NCBI RefSeq assembly: GCF_006345805.1 | Contig: NC_043016.1 | Location: 26,908,001-26,972,000 of the forward strand | Direction of reading: 5' to 3' | Source: Octopus sinensis | Lineage: Eukaryota | DNA length: 64,000 bases | In this document: in pieces, positions 38,947 to 52,184 of the stretch | How positions within the stretch are numbered: position 1 is the first letter of the stretch | How the letters are laid out: each line of letters starts with the position of its first letter | Translations under genes and position numbers: made by a program | Notes under the pieces: generated by a model | Databases searched by the model: none | The model's input: only the letters and a program-made list of their open reading frames with translations | Told to the model about the DNA's origin: nothing

Positions 38947-39960
38947 TACAGGACACCACAAATAAACGTAGAACACAACGAGAAACGAAAACATAAAATC
39001 AAACAAGGAAACGGACTTTTTTTAACAACGAAAAAACAGAGTACAGGACAAACAATACAAGGAAAAATTCCCCTTCATCAGCTGCCCTTGGTTCGACTCA
39101 ATGCGTGTTTCGAAGGTAAGGGCAGAGCACGGCCAGGCCGAAGCAGTCCTTCCTGCAAAAGGAATTAAATAAAATTCTTTTGCAGAGGGGTAAAACAAGT
39201 GACAAGAACAGGACGTAAAAGCAATACAAATGAAAAAAAAAACAGTAGAAAAAACAGTACAAATAAAGAATAACAGGACAAGGAAACCAACAATAAAGGC
39301 CTTTTTAGGCCTAGACGGTGGAAAAATTAGTTAGAACGCATGTGAAAAATCGTCTTGCGAAAGACAGAGAAGTCGATGTATGCTTGTTGAAAGCACGAGC
39401 TGAAAGAAAGTTATAGTAGCACTCCGGTCAACGGCCAGAGAGAGGAGGAGGAGGAGGAGGAGTAGAGAGAGAGAGAGGAAAAGAAACCAGAAAGGGTGAA
39501 AAATAAGAAGGAGAGAGACAAATAGAGAGGAAGACAGACAGGCAGGGAGGAAAGGTCAAGTAAAGAGTAAGAGTGCACGTCATGATTATTCAAATAAAAA
39601 CTTACTTGTCCTGTTATTCTTTATTTGTACTGTTTTTTCTACTGTTTTTTCTTCATTTGTATTGCTTTTACATCCTGTTCTTGTCACTTGTTTTACCCCT
39701 CTGCAAAAGAATTTTATTTAATTCCTTTTGCAGGAAGGACTGCTTCGGCCTGGCCGTATTCTGCCCTTACCTTTGAAACACGCATTGAGTCGATGCTGGT
39801 GTGTCTGCATCCCCGTAACTTAGCAGTTCGGCAAAAGAGACCGATAGAATAAGTACTAGGCTTGCTAAGAATAAGTCTTGGGGTTGATTTGCTCGACTAA
39901 AGGCGGTGCTTCAGCATGGCCACAGTTAAATGACTGAAACAAGTAAAAGAGTAAAAGAAT
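38623..39960 (+). mobile_element. SINE family A split by a ~1-kb fold-back insertion
   Basis: 5' half 38623-38730, 3' half 39791-39960. Confidence 0.85.
39093..39793. repeat. ~190-bp inverted repeat (39093-39282 / 39605-39793)
   Basis: Arms align with few substitutions; 322-bp spacer. Confidence 0.92.
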
Positions 39961-41110
39961 AAAATATGATGCTTTCTGCTATAACTTCAAGTTTCATGGT
40001 TGTTTGATCTATCATATGTCCATTGCCTATATTCTGTTGTCTATGATAAATGACACATTTTAATCCAAGATGGCATCAGGATGTTGTTGTTTCATAAGCA
40101 AACAGCAACCATGAGTTATATGCATAAAGGGCATTAATTCACTATTGAAAATGACCCTATTTTTCGTATGAGAAAACTGAAATGATAATAAAAACTAATG
40201 TCTCGTTTAATTTTTAATTTGTTTCTTTTTCTCTATGTGTGTATGTGCATGCATGTGTTTGTTTGTTTTTTTTTTTTGTTTTGTTTTTTTCTTCTAAATA
40301 TGCCATGTGTTACTTAGAACATATAAAGAACATTTCTTTTTCAACTGAATAGGAGTGCAACTGTACTTGATTTATTAGTTGAAGTTAAATTTAAGCTTAA
40401 ATTTCAATTTAGTTTTTAATGTTGGAGTTCTTGATACTTATATTCTGACTGCAACTCAAAAATCCATGAGTACAAGAATGTGTTTGAAAGCTTTAAGTTT
40501 GTCTTTTCTTGTATGGAGATATTACAAAGTTTCTTCTCTCTAGCTTAAACTGCATCAGAATCTTGAGCTTTTCAGTTGCACACAGTGGACAATGGCTGTG
40601 TCCAAAGCATAAATGTACCATTGAAACAATATTCAATTTTTACATGCTTTCTCCTTTATCTTTCAAAAGAATTAAGGAATGTAATATATATCAATATTAA
40701 TCTATCCAATTTACTTAAGTACTTATTAATTGTAGGTTAGAAGTAAAGCCGCTGTAAATGATTAAAGACTGTATTTGGTTACTAACGAAAGCTCTACAAA
40801 AGATTAAAATTAGCTTGGCTGATCTCTCAATTCATAAAAATATTGTATAACATCATACAGGCTATACATTCAGCAGTGGCTAAAACCTACAGATACATTC
40901 AGTAGCACAGTGAAATAAATAAATCAGTGGTAATTTGTGTGTGTGTATGTGTGTGTGTGTGTGTGTGAATGTATGAGTGTATGTGTGTGTGCATGCATGC
41001 ATGTGTGTGTGAATGCATAAGTATGTGTGCGTGTGTATATACACATTATACGCATGTATATATGTATGTGTGTATATTTGTGTATATTTATATATATATA
41101 TATACACACA

Positions 41111-43713
41111 CAGGCATAAGTCATTTCGATTTAAGTTATTCTCAATTATATGTCATTTTTCTGAAATATTATATGGAAAAATAAAAATCAAGTATAGTCA
41201 TTTTATTGACTTTACATCTGTTTGCCACAAATATTGGAATCTTAAAATCACTAGAAAACTATTATAAAACTTAAAAGCATGTTACTGTACAATAAATAAG
41301 AATAAGATCATATAAAATCATATTAAAATACATGCAGTAAATGTTAAGATACACACCATAAAGTAGTGTAGCTTAGTGAATGAAATCATGAAATCTGATG
41401 TGTTGTCTTATTTATCAATTTTTCAGTGCTCATATTGTACTCTAGTTCCAATATCTACCCTTAGACGTCGTTGTCACTCATGATTCCTGCAATTGTTTTG
41501 AATTCAAATTTGTTCACATCTGTTTATCGGCTTCTTTCTCATTCTCATTCATTTGTGACTTTATTTTTTTAACCCATGGCTCCTAAGAAAATGCATAGTG
41601 AAAGTGCTATGTGTCATGTTATAGTGCTGGAAGATAAACTGGCTATGATAAAATGCCATGAGGAAGGTGAAAAAATGGTAGCAATTGCACAATCATTGGT
41701 GGTTTACAGTCAGACAACTGTATCGATGATTGTACATAATGACAAGATTTTAGCACATATCAAATCTGAAACCCCAGGGATGAAGAAAACTGTAATCAAT
41801 AAGAGAAGGGGCAAAATCTTTGAAGAAATGGAAAGTTTTCTTTCTCTTTGGATTGTTAGGTTGAATCATCAGTGCGCTGCTATTAGTCAAGAAATCATTC
41901 AAGAGAAAGTGTCTTTGTTTGAGGACCTGAAGAAAAAATACCCAGATGAGAAAGATGTAGAGTTCAAGGTAAGTCAAAGATGGTCCATGAGATTTAAGGA
42001 GTGAAGAAGTTATCACACCATTAAGAAGCAAGGTGAAAGTGCATCAGCTGATGAACAAGCATCAGCGGAATTTCCTAATGCATTAAAGAAAATCATTGAG
42101 GAAAATGGGTTTCTTCCCAAACAGATTTTTAAAGTTGATGAAACTGGATTGTATTGGAAAAAATTGCTTGGCCGTTTGTTCATTTCCAAGGAGGAGAAAA
42201 CTATTCCAGGCTACAAGGTCTCAAAAGAAAATGTGATCATTACATTGGAAGGTAATTGTGCGAGAGATTTTAAGCTAAAGCTATTGCTTGTGTATCATGC
42301 ACATAACCCCCGTGCCCTGAAGAACATGCCCAAGGCATCTCACCCTGTTATATGGATGGCTAATTCAAAAGCATGGGATACTGTTATTGTTTCTGAAGAT
42401 TGGTTCTTCAATCATTTTATTCCAGCACCAGAAAAGTACTGTCAGGAGAAGGGGATTCCTTTTAAGGTTTTACTTATCTTAGATAATGTTCCTGGCCACC
42501 TGTAAAATATCGTAGAATTTGACTCCAACATTACCTCTGAACACCACATCTCTTCTGCAGCCAATGGATCAGGGAATAATTACTATCTTCAAGCGTTACT
42601 ATATGAAGCGTACTCTGCGGCAAGCAATAGCTGCAACTAATCTTGGTGAGTCCATTATACTTCATGACCTTTGGAAGAGATACGATATCTACAGGACTCT
42701 ACAGAACATAGCAGCAGCATGGAATGATGTATAGAACACGGCTATGAATGGTATATGGAAGAAGCTATGCCTGCAATTTGTGAATGATTTTAAAAGGTTT
42801 GATAATGTTGCCATCAACAAAACATTGGTGACAACAAGCAAAGAACTGGAAATGGATTTGGAAGAGGAGGATTTCACAGATTTGTTTAAAAAAACAAGCA
42901 GCCCCTAACAAATGAGGATTTGATAGATCTTCACAAGCAGCAAAATAAAGAAGAAATTGAGCCTGAGCCATGTCACTCTACCATTAAGAAAATGCAACAA
43001 GCATTTACATATATTGTAAAAATGCCCTTTCTACGTTTGAGGATATGGATCCAAAGGCTCAATGCTTTTCCAAGATTATGGGGGCTTGTCACGAAGCTTT
43101 TCCTCATTATAATGTAATCTTTGAGGAAAAAAGAAGACAGTTCAAGGAACTCTCAACTGGTTTTTTTAAGCACATCGAGCAATAAGAACAGCCAGAGTCA
43201 GCTGTTGATATTGACGATCCACAGCCATCTACATTTGTGACGTAAACCACCAAATTGTATGTACGTATTAGTAAATTTAACATAATTTATTTTTTTTTAC
43301 TATTGCAAAATAATAATAATCATTGAATTTGTTTTTTAAGCTTAAAAAATGCTTTTATTTTACCATGTCTTTTTGCAAGTTGTATTCATAAATAAAGTAC
43401 CCACAATGTACGGTATACACCACCAAATTGTATTCACAAATTTAGATTACTTTTTTTTACTGTACTGTATTAAAAAATAAAAATAATTTGTTTGTAAGCT
43501 TCAAATAGGTTTTTATTAACCATGGATTATTGAAAATGCATTCATAAATAAAGTACAGAACTGGGAACGGTTATTATTGGTTTAGCCTAGAGACAAGTAA
43601 ATTCAGCCTGGACTAGCCTAGCCCAAAGACAAGTCAATTCAACTTAGGTTATTTTTCGACTTAAGTCATGTCTCCTGGAACCAATTAATGACATAGGGTG
43701 AGGTATGCCTCTG
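41111..43713 (+). mobile_element. Decayed Tigger/pogo DNA transposon (~2.6 kb)
   Basis: Contains a TIGD-like pseudogene; ends caggcata (41111) and ggtatgcct (43702) resemble the CAGGCATACC Tigger TIR; boundaries tentative. Confidence 0.65.
41576..43200 (+). pseudogene. Tigger/TIGD-like transposase (CENP-B HTH plus DDE_1), stops and frameshifts
   Basis: MAPKK..., IQEK..LFEDLKK, DETGLYWKK, ILDNVPGH, LP.NTTSLLQPMDQGII. Confidence 0.92.
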
Positions 43714-43757
43714 TGTGTGTGTGTGTGTGTGTGTATTTGTGTGTGTGTGTGTGTGTA

Positions 43758-43792
<35 letters not shown>

Positions 43793-44049
43793 TTGTGTGT
43801 GTGTGTGTGTGTATTTGTGTGTGTGTGTGTATTTGTGTGTGGTGTGTGTATTTGTGTGTGTGTGTGTGTATTTGGTGTGTGTGTGTGTGTATTTGTGTGT
43901 GTGTGTGTGTGTGTTGTGTGTGTGTGTGTGTATTTGTGTGTGTGTGTGTGTGTATTTGTGTGTGTGTGTGTGGGTGTGTATTGTGTGTGTGTGTGTGTGT
44001 ATTGTGTGTGTGGTGTGTGTGTATTTGTGTGTGTGTGTATGTATTTGTG

Positions 44050-44080
<31 letters not shown>

Positions 44081-44090
44081 TGTGTGTGTG
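43714..44090. repeat. Compound (GT)n microsatellite with recurring ATTT interruptions
   Basis: Visible directly. Confidence 0.95.
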
Positions 44091-45628
44091 CATAAATATA
44101 TATGTGGTTGACTTAGTGAAATGCAGTCAAAGCTGTAATCTAAAATTACTGTCAGTTAAGAAGAAAGCAAATGAAATTGAATAACAGTATGGGGGAGTGG
44201 GGGAGAGGTGCCATAGGGAGAAGAGGATTCTAAAGTTTCAAGCAACACCCATTTTCTTCTCCAGCAAAGATCTATACCAGACACAGTAGAATTCATTTCA
44301 CAACACAGACTTATTCAACTTCCTTTGCTAATTTTTCCCAACATAGATCATCACTAGGTTTCTCAAACTTTACAAGGTCTTTTTTTAGTCAAATATATCA
44401 TAACTGATAATTACTCATATGTGTATCTCTTTCTATTTCTACCTATCTCTGTATATATCTTATACATACATACATACATACATACATACATACACACACA
44501 CACACGCACACACACACATATATATATATATATACACACACAAAATATTAGTAATAAGGATTACTATGAACTTGCACAGCATTACCTTTAATTCTTTATG
44601 TATCGCCTTACATAGACCAACAGATGTTTCAGTTGCACTGATTAGTAACCGTTGCAATTGCAACCATACTATAAAACTGGTGCAGTTTCTTCAGGGTCTT
44701 TTCTGGATATTCTTTGACTTGGTCGTTTAAAGATTTCCTTGTATCTACTCTGCATTGTATGCTATAGAGCTGTCCATTAAGTTAGACATGAACAATCTCC
44801 ATTTCAAATTTTTATTGGATTATCATTTATAGTCCATTATTTCTAATCCTTCTATTGTTTAAATGATTATTGTTCATTTATACTTTGCAAATGTGAATTT
44901 TCTCATGTGCAAGTATTTCAATGCTTGTTCCTGTCTAGAATTTATTACATGATTATACGATATAATCGTATATTTAAAAACCAATGCGGATAAAGAAAGC
45001 TAATTTGCTCAAGTTTGTTTCGACCTTTTAGAATTTGAAATTTTGAAAAGTAAAAATTTTGCCTTATGTAGCTTGTTATTCTCTTTAAGTGAACATTTTT
45101 CTGGTTGAAATACACTGAAAAATGGCGACTCACAGTAAAAAAATCATTAAAAAATAGGGATTTTCATAGAAAAAAAGCACTTTTTTGATGTAAATAAATT
45201 TTGATGTTAACATGGTCTGATTTGAATTATTTCTTCTATGGAAGGAAGAGCAAGCCTTATTCTATCATACTCTCAATTTTGGTCAACTTGTGCTGCAGTG
45301 TCTTGGGGGAGATAGTGTTAGTTGAAGGATACCATACCTGCATACACAGACAATTTCAGTTTTATACATATATATATATAGGGGGAAGTAAGAAGAAAAA
45401 TAAGCAAAAATGCACACTGGAAATCAAAAAAAGTAAGAGCTTTTTATGGAAAGTAACAATAGATGTATACAATTAGATCAACTGAGGTAGGAATAAAGTA
45501 ATAAAAATCATTGTTGTGAATTGTTAAAGAGATTTAAAAGCATACTGGTTTTGTGAATTTACTAATCATTGCTTTGAATGCACACCCTTTTTATAACATA
45601 TTTCTATTATATATATATATACACACAA

Positions 45629-45632
<4 letters not shown>

Positions 45633-45661
<29 letters not shown>

Positions 45662-45729
45662 TGTATGTATGTATGTATGTATGTATGTATGTATGTGTGT
45701 GTGTATGTATGTATGTATGTATGTATGTA

Positions 45730-45760
<31 letters not shown>

Positions 45761-45797
45761 ATGTATGTATGTATGTATGTATGTATGTATGTATGTA

Positions 45798-45828
<31 letters not shown>

Positions 45829-45843
45829 ATGTATGTATGTATG
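45633..45843. repeat. (ATGT)n/(GT)n microsatellite
   Basis: Visible directly; similar tracts at 52969-53268, 58612-58815 and 59090-59230. Confidence 0.95.
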
Positions 45844-46382
45844 TTTCTGTCATTAGCATGTGGGCATGCTGGGACACTGCCTTGAAGAATTTTAGTTGAA
45901 CGAATCAACCCAGCACTGATTGCTTTTTTTGCCTTGCACTAATCCTATTTGTCTCTTTTGCCAAATCACTAAGCTACAGGGATGTAAACACACCAACACT
46001 GGTTATCAAGTGGTGGTGTGGGACAAATACAGACACAATGACAATCACACACACATGCATGCACACACATACACATGCACACATGTGCACACACACACAC
46101 ACACATGTACACACACATATATAAGTTTATATCTACATCATCATCATCATCATCAACATCATTTAATGTTGCTTTTCATGCTGGCATGGGTTAGGCAGTT
46201 TGATTGGAACAGATAAACTGGGGAGCTGCACCAAGTTCCAGGCTGATTTGGCTTGGTTTCTAGGGCAGGATGCCCTACCTTACATCAACCACTCCAAGAG
46301 TGCAATGGGTGCCATTGACAGGATACCAGCAACAGCCATGACCACAATTTCACAGGAGCTATTTACATGACACTGGCAACAG

Positions 46383-46419
<37 letters not shown>

Positions 46420-46486
46420 AATTGAGATAGGGGTTGTAAATGCACCCTCCATGGGATAACATATATCCAATATACTGCTAGTGAAG

Positions 46487-46530
<44 letters not shown>

Positions 46531-46749
46531 GACTGGAGCTTGGAGCAGCCCCTGGCTTCCCAGACCCCGGTCGAACCGTCCAACCTGTGCTAGCGCAGAA
46601 AACGGACGTTAAACGATGATGATGATGATGATGATATAGATATTAGTATATGATTTAACCTATAAAATAAAGTTTAACAAATTCAATATATATAATATAT
46701 ACAATAGATAGATAGACAGACAGACAAATACACACACAACTATAGATGT

Positions 46750-46795
<46 letters not shown>

Positions 46796-47764
46796 GCTGA
46801 AGGGACCCGCTCTACGCGCGGGTAAGAGCGTGGTATATATATATAAATGTATACAAATTATATATATATATATATATAATATAAATACAGATATATGCAC
46901 TTTGTATATATAAAAATATTATATATACATATTATATATAGATACACAAACACACATATATAATTAACCCAATAAATATCTGATTCATATAGTTGTTGTC
47001 ATGATTGAGTGGTGGTTGTGGCGATGATAATTCTCTCTATGAATGCAGACGAGTAGAGAGTGAGAGTGTGTGAAAGCGCTGTGGAAGGCAGGGAGGGGGA
47101 TAACGGACGCTGTGAAACGACGTTATAAGAGAAAGTGAATGTAAGGGAGGTAGAACGCTGTGAAACGACGTATAGATAGAATGTGAAAGGAAGGGAGAAA
47201 AGCGAGAGAGTGATGGAGGAAGACAGATACATAAAAGAATGTGAGTTGGACGTTTTGTTTGTTGGACCAATGTATTAAGGTAGTATTGTTTTTATTTCTA
47301 AAACAAAAGAGGACGGCAATGTTTGTTTCAAAAATAAAAAAATCTGTAATAGTGAATGAAATTAGAATTCACACCCAGCTCAGTTTTGTAGAAAGAGTAT
47401 CACGACGTGAACTCATGAGTTGGGAGTTTGACTGAGAGAGTTTATATGGTGACACATGCCAGTCCTTTCGACACCACCTAAACAATGGAATAGTGTATAA
47501 AATGTAATTAACAACTCATTCACTTTATGAATGTCTTATGTTAGCGAAGAAGAAACAATAACTTGACAAAACCGTTTAATGGAGACGTAGAAGGAATCGG
47601 AAAATGAGGAATAAAAGAGAATGAGTTGGATCAAATGTTTGCAAACATCTGAACCCAATGTTCTTTATGAACCATGTTCTTTTTAATGTCTTTATTTTCA
47701 AGAATGAAGAGGTGCAAATAAAAAATCAAGCAAAATTTCATGACTTACAATCAGTTTTATTTGT

Positions 47765-49124
47765 CAGAGCCTCCTGATAAACACGTTCCTTGTGCGCTCA
47801 TGATTGCAAGAATGAAGAGTTTATGTGGATTTCCAACTCGAGAACAGGCTACGTACAATTGACCATGACTGAAAAACGGGTTGTGACAGGTTAATGCCTA
47901 CAATGTCCATGATTGTCCCTGTGACTTGTTGATTGTCATCGCGAAGCATAGTTTTATCGGAAATTGAAAGCGTTTATTTAAACTGAATGGGAACATCAGA
48001 GGGTGAAATACTCATTTTATGTATCATCTTGATTGTTCTACAAATGGTCCACTCAAAATTTCAGCAGTTATAACATGGCTTTGAATCCTCCTTATAACCA
48101 TTCGGGTTCCATTGCATATTTCAGGCGTTTCCATATTCTGAGCACATGATTGGAGCACCAACTTTCAAACACAAATGATGAGGTGGAAGTCCCGGAGTGT
48201 TAGCTTGTTGAGTAGCTCGGGTGGATATTTAACTGCATCATTCTCATCTTTATTTGTATCGATGGACATGAAAGAAACTATCTCACCAGGAATGATATCA
48301 AGTACTTGTTTATTTGTAGCATCAGCTGTTGTATTATGAGGCGATAGAATAGCTCTTGCTCTTAGCCAATCGAGATCCTGGAAGTTGGTTTTGACGTCAG
48401 GTAAAACGGCTCTTATAAGTTCCTCTACATTTGGAACAAAATTCCCAAAAGGCAACCGAATATGCTCATCATCAACAAAAGGCAAAACTCCATCACCAAG
48501 ATCTAATAGGTGTTTTGCGAAAGCCTCAGACTCCACATCACTATGTAGGTGGGCTCTCATGTTTGTTTGAAGATGGCGACTGATAACACTGTGCCACACA
48601 TAAGAATGCTTTATACATGCATTAACCTCATCAGCTCTAGTGCCTGCTCGGACAACAGGAAGAGTTTGTCGAAAATCTCCTGCCATGAGAAACGTAGCTC
48701 CACCCATTATTTTTGTATTGTGATGCAAATCTTGGAGAGTTCTGTCAAGAGCTTCAAACATGGCCTTATTACTCATTGTAGCCTCATCCCAAATAAAAAG
48801 ACTGCATTCACAAAGAAGTCTTGCTCTTGAGGAACTACGATCTATATTACATATAGGATTATCTTTCTTTCCAATGTCCATGGGCAATTTGAATGCACTA
48901 TGTGCCGTACGGCCGCCTTGAAGCAGTGTCGCTGCAATACCATTTGAGGCACATGCAATGGCAATTCGACGTTCAGCGCGCAGCTTTGCGAGAATCAAAT
49001 TGATAACGAAAGTTTTACCAGTACCACCTGGAGCATTCAAAAAGAAAAGCTTTCCTTGGTTCAATCTAACGCTGTCAATAATTTCATCATAAATCTCTTT
49101 GTTCAGGCAAAAGTCTTGGTTCAT
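47765..49124 (-). pseudogene. Helitron Pif1-family (SF1B) helicase domain, frameshifted
   Basis: APGGTGKT, IWDEATM, GDFRQTLPV, TNMRA, GLPPH.L.LKVGAPIM, FAMTINKSQGQS, FSHGQLYVACSRV. Confidence 0.93.
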
Positions 49125-50799
49125 CTCGCGTAATTGTTTCTGTCAATTCGGCAATGTTGTAGTTTTTTTCTGACATGTATTCAACATTCAAAGGCGCTTC
49201 ATGATGGACAGGTGTTGGCAGATGGAATTCACTTAAACCGCATATAACATAGCGTCTGATGTGTCTGTCCATGTCGATTAATGCCTCATTATAAACATCG
49301 TCGTTGCCATCACGTAGCGCTAAATTAGCTTGTATGTCCTTTGATAGGCTCTGTCTGAACGATTCCCAAAGGTTAAGAGGGTTGCTGGGATTACAGTGGA
49401 TTAATATGCTACAAAACAATCGACGCATTTGCCATGGCAGTTTACAATTTGAGGCCTCTGCCAGTGTCCTGTGTAAGTGGTCGTCATTGAGAAGAAGTCC
49501 GCGCCTCAAACATGCTTCCCTGTAAGTGGCACAGATGATACCATCAACCGTGCGAAGATCAGCCAAAGACTTCGGTCCAGTAACTACATGAAGTAGCATT
49601 CTCAAAAAGAAGATTTCCTGTTTGGTAGGATGAATATTATACACACGTCCAATGACGTTCTTCCTAGAAACACCAGGCCAATTGTCAAGTTCTGTTCCAT
49701 GTGATCTGCGCTTCCAATTATTGTTGTTGTATGTGTAATATTCCGGTACTTCAGGGTAAATGAGAGTAGCAGCAAACTCATCAACTGAACACAATTTAAA
49801 AAATGCTGTAAGCGTAGTCCCTTTTGGATTTTCAATGACTTGACGTGCATTTTTCTCTGTGAAGTAAACCAGCTGTCTCTTCTGTAAATGAAAATTCAGG
49901 TGGAAAACTGTTGGTGAGCTTAGATGAATCTCGTATCCAAAAATGCGCCACGCTGCATAATTGGAGGATACATACCTACCCAAAACGAATTGTTTAATTT
50001 CGTCATGTCTAAGGTCTTCATCACTGAACACAAACACGGCCATATCATCGCCCTTATTAATGTACTTGCAGAGGTATTGTATGCATCTCACCGAACTGCA
50101 GTACTCAACATTAATGTGTGCATTAAATGTTTTGGAAAGCAAAGGGTTGAATGGAATGATCCAGGCATTATCAACATCGAATGTTTTTAGCCGTTGTCTA
50201 ATTGTAGCTGTGCGGCCACCCAAACCTGGGTCACGCCTTCGGTAGATGGGATATCCGTCATTCGTAGTGCAGGTTTGACCGCAAAAGTCTCTAGGGTACC
50301 GCTTCGAACATCTTTTATTCTTCATGCATGGACTTCTCGGATTAAAGTCACCACATGGACCGTGAATCATATGCTTTGTCACACTGCTGTGCAGCTGAGG
50401 ATCAGCATTTTGATCGGGCAACTCAGCAGATATAATTCTGTCAATATCCACAGGGTGGATTCTATCCTGACACCAGGCTAGCATATGAACGTGTGGAAGA
50501 CCTTTCTTCTGCCATTCCACAGTATACATCCAAGCAGACAGTGGGCCAAAAATATGCAAAACCTTCAGTAAAAATAGCATTTTCTTCAACTTGGCATGAA
50601 AAACGCGCGCCACAATGTCATGTCTGTGCTCGGGCAGCTGCCCAGCGAACACATTCTCTTTAATCTCTGGCCAGGTAGGATTGCAGGTCAATGTAAACAT
50701 GATTTGTTTTAAGAGAAAGATTGTCATGATTGTGTATTGGTGGTGGTGGTGGTGGCGATGATAATTATCATTAGGAAAAAGAGTGAGTGAGGAAGACAT
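49087..50799 (-). pseudogene. Helitron Rep (HUH/Y2) domain, N-terminally truncated
   Basis: FTLTCNP (motif 1), VEWQKKGLPHVHML (HUH), YLCKYINKG (motif 3); 1-nt frameshift near 49100. Confidence 0.93.
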
Positions 50800-51549
50800 A
50801 CATAAGTTGTGGCGATGATAATTGTAGACCCCTTTTCACATTTTGATGAAGAGAACCCGATTTCATTCGGGTGTACTGGGCCACATATAGGTGTGTGTGT
50901 GTTGTGTGTGTGTGTGTGTGGTGTGTGTTGTGTGTGTGTGTGTGTGTGTTGTGGTGTGTGTGTGTGTGTGCACGCTGTTGCAATTGTAGAAATTAAATTA
51001 GAGATCAAACCACTAATAGGGAAATGAAACAGTAAAAAAAACAAAAACATAAAAATAAAAATATAATATTAGATATATGTATGTGTGTGTGTGGTGTGTG
51101 TGTGTGTGTTGACAGGTAGACAATAGAATGCAATGGCGGTGGCGATGGCGATGTAATATTTGTTTCTGTCTCTGAACGCTGATAGATACATGAGTAAAAT
51201 GTATGGGAATCTAAGAGATAAGAGTGAGTGAAAATGTTCTTGGAAGAGAGGAAACAGCGAGAGAGTGATTTGAGGAAGACTTTACATTAAATAACCGTAG
51301 TGGCATTGTCAAATAAAGAGGAGTGAGAGAGTACTGGAGGAAATAGGGTGAGTGAGGAAGATGGCCCCTAGCAACCACACCTTTTAAGATAGGGATTTCT
51401 AAGGTAGCCCACGCGCATCGTCACCTCATTCTACATGTCCCTGTAAATTTTGGAGCGAATCGGACGGGATGTAGTGGCATTGAAAGCGAACCAAGCGGTA
51501 AAAACGCATTTCAGTTTTATATATAGAGATAGATGTGTGTATTTTACCC

Positions 51550-51903
51550 TTACTCTTTACTCTTTTACTTGTTTCAATCATTTGACTGTGGCCATGGTGG
51601 AGCATCGCCTTTAGTCAAGCTAATCGACCCCAGGACTTATTCTTTGTAAGTCTAGTACTTATTTTAACGATCTCTTTTGTCAAACCGCTAAGTTACGGGG
51701 ACATAAACACACCAGCATCGGTTGTCAAGCAATGTTGGGGGGACAAACACTGGCACGCAAACATACACACACACACACTCACACACACACACACACACCA
51801 CACACACACACATATATATATATGTATATATATATATGTGTATATATATATGTGAGTGGATTTGGTAGAGGGAAACTGAAAGAAGCCTGTTGTATATATG
51901 TAT

Positions 51904-52002
<99 letters not shown>

Positions 52003-52180
52003 TATATACATATATACAACAGGCTTCTTTCAGTTTCCCTCTACCAAATCCACTCACAAGGCTTTGGTCTGCTTGAGGCTATAGTAGAAGACACTTGCCC
52101 AAGGTGCCATGCAGTGGGACTGAACCCGGAACCATGTGGTTGGTAAGCAAGCTACTTACCACACAGCCACTCCTGTGCCT
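51550..52180 (-). mobile_element. SINE family A with expanded (TA)n and an internal inverted duplication
   Basis: Head at 52180, tail at 51550; 49-bp inverted copy at 51852-51900. Confidence 0.88.
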
Positions 52181-52184
52181 AAAA

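Larger units (their letters stand above)
46793..51529 (-). mobile_element. Helitron (~4.74 kb), formerly autonomous
   Basis: 5' TCTCTATATATAAAACTG at 51529; hairpin ACCCGC-GCGTAGA-GCGGGT then CTAG|T at 46793; encodes RepHel. Confidence 0.93.

Noticed and set aside
39060-39130. Canonical hammerhead in the 39-kb fold-back
   Set aside because: No type I, II or III arrangement closes stem I with GAAA correctly placed; kept only as a possible variant structure.
40576-40618. GQWLCPKHKC, resembling an NSD-type PHD fragment
   Set aside because: Following Cys ligands and splice context are absent; likely chance.
44640-44800. LYSIQC..DTRKSLNDQVKEY as a GIY-YIG relic (- strand)
   Set aside because: Similarity too short and weak to support.
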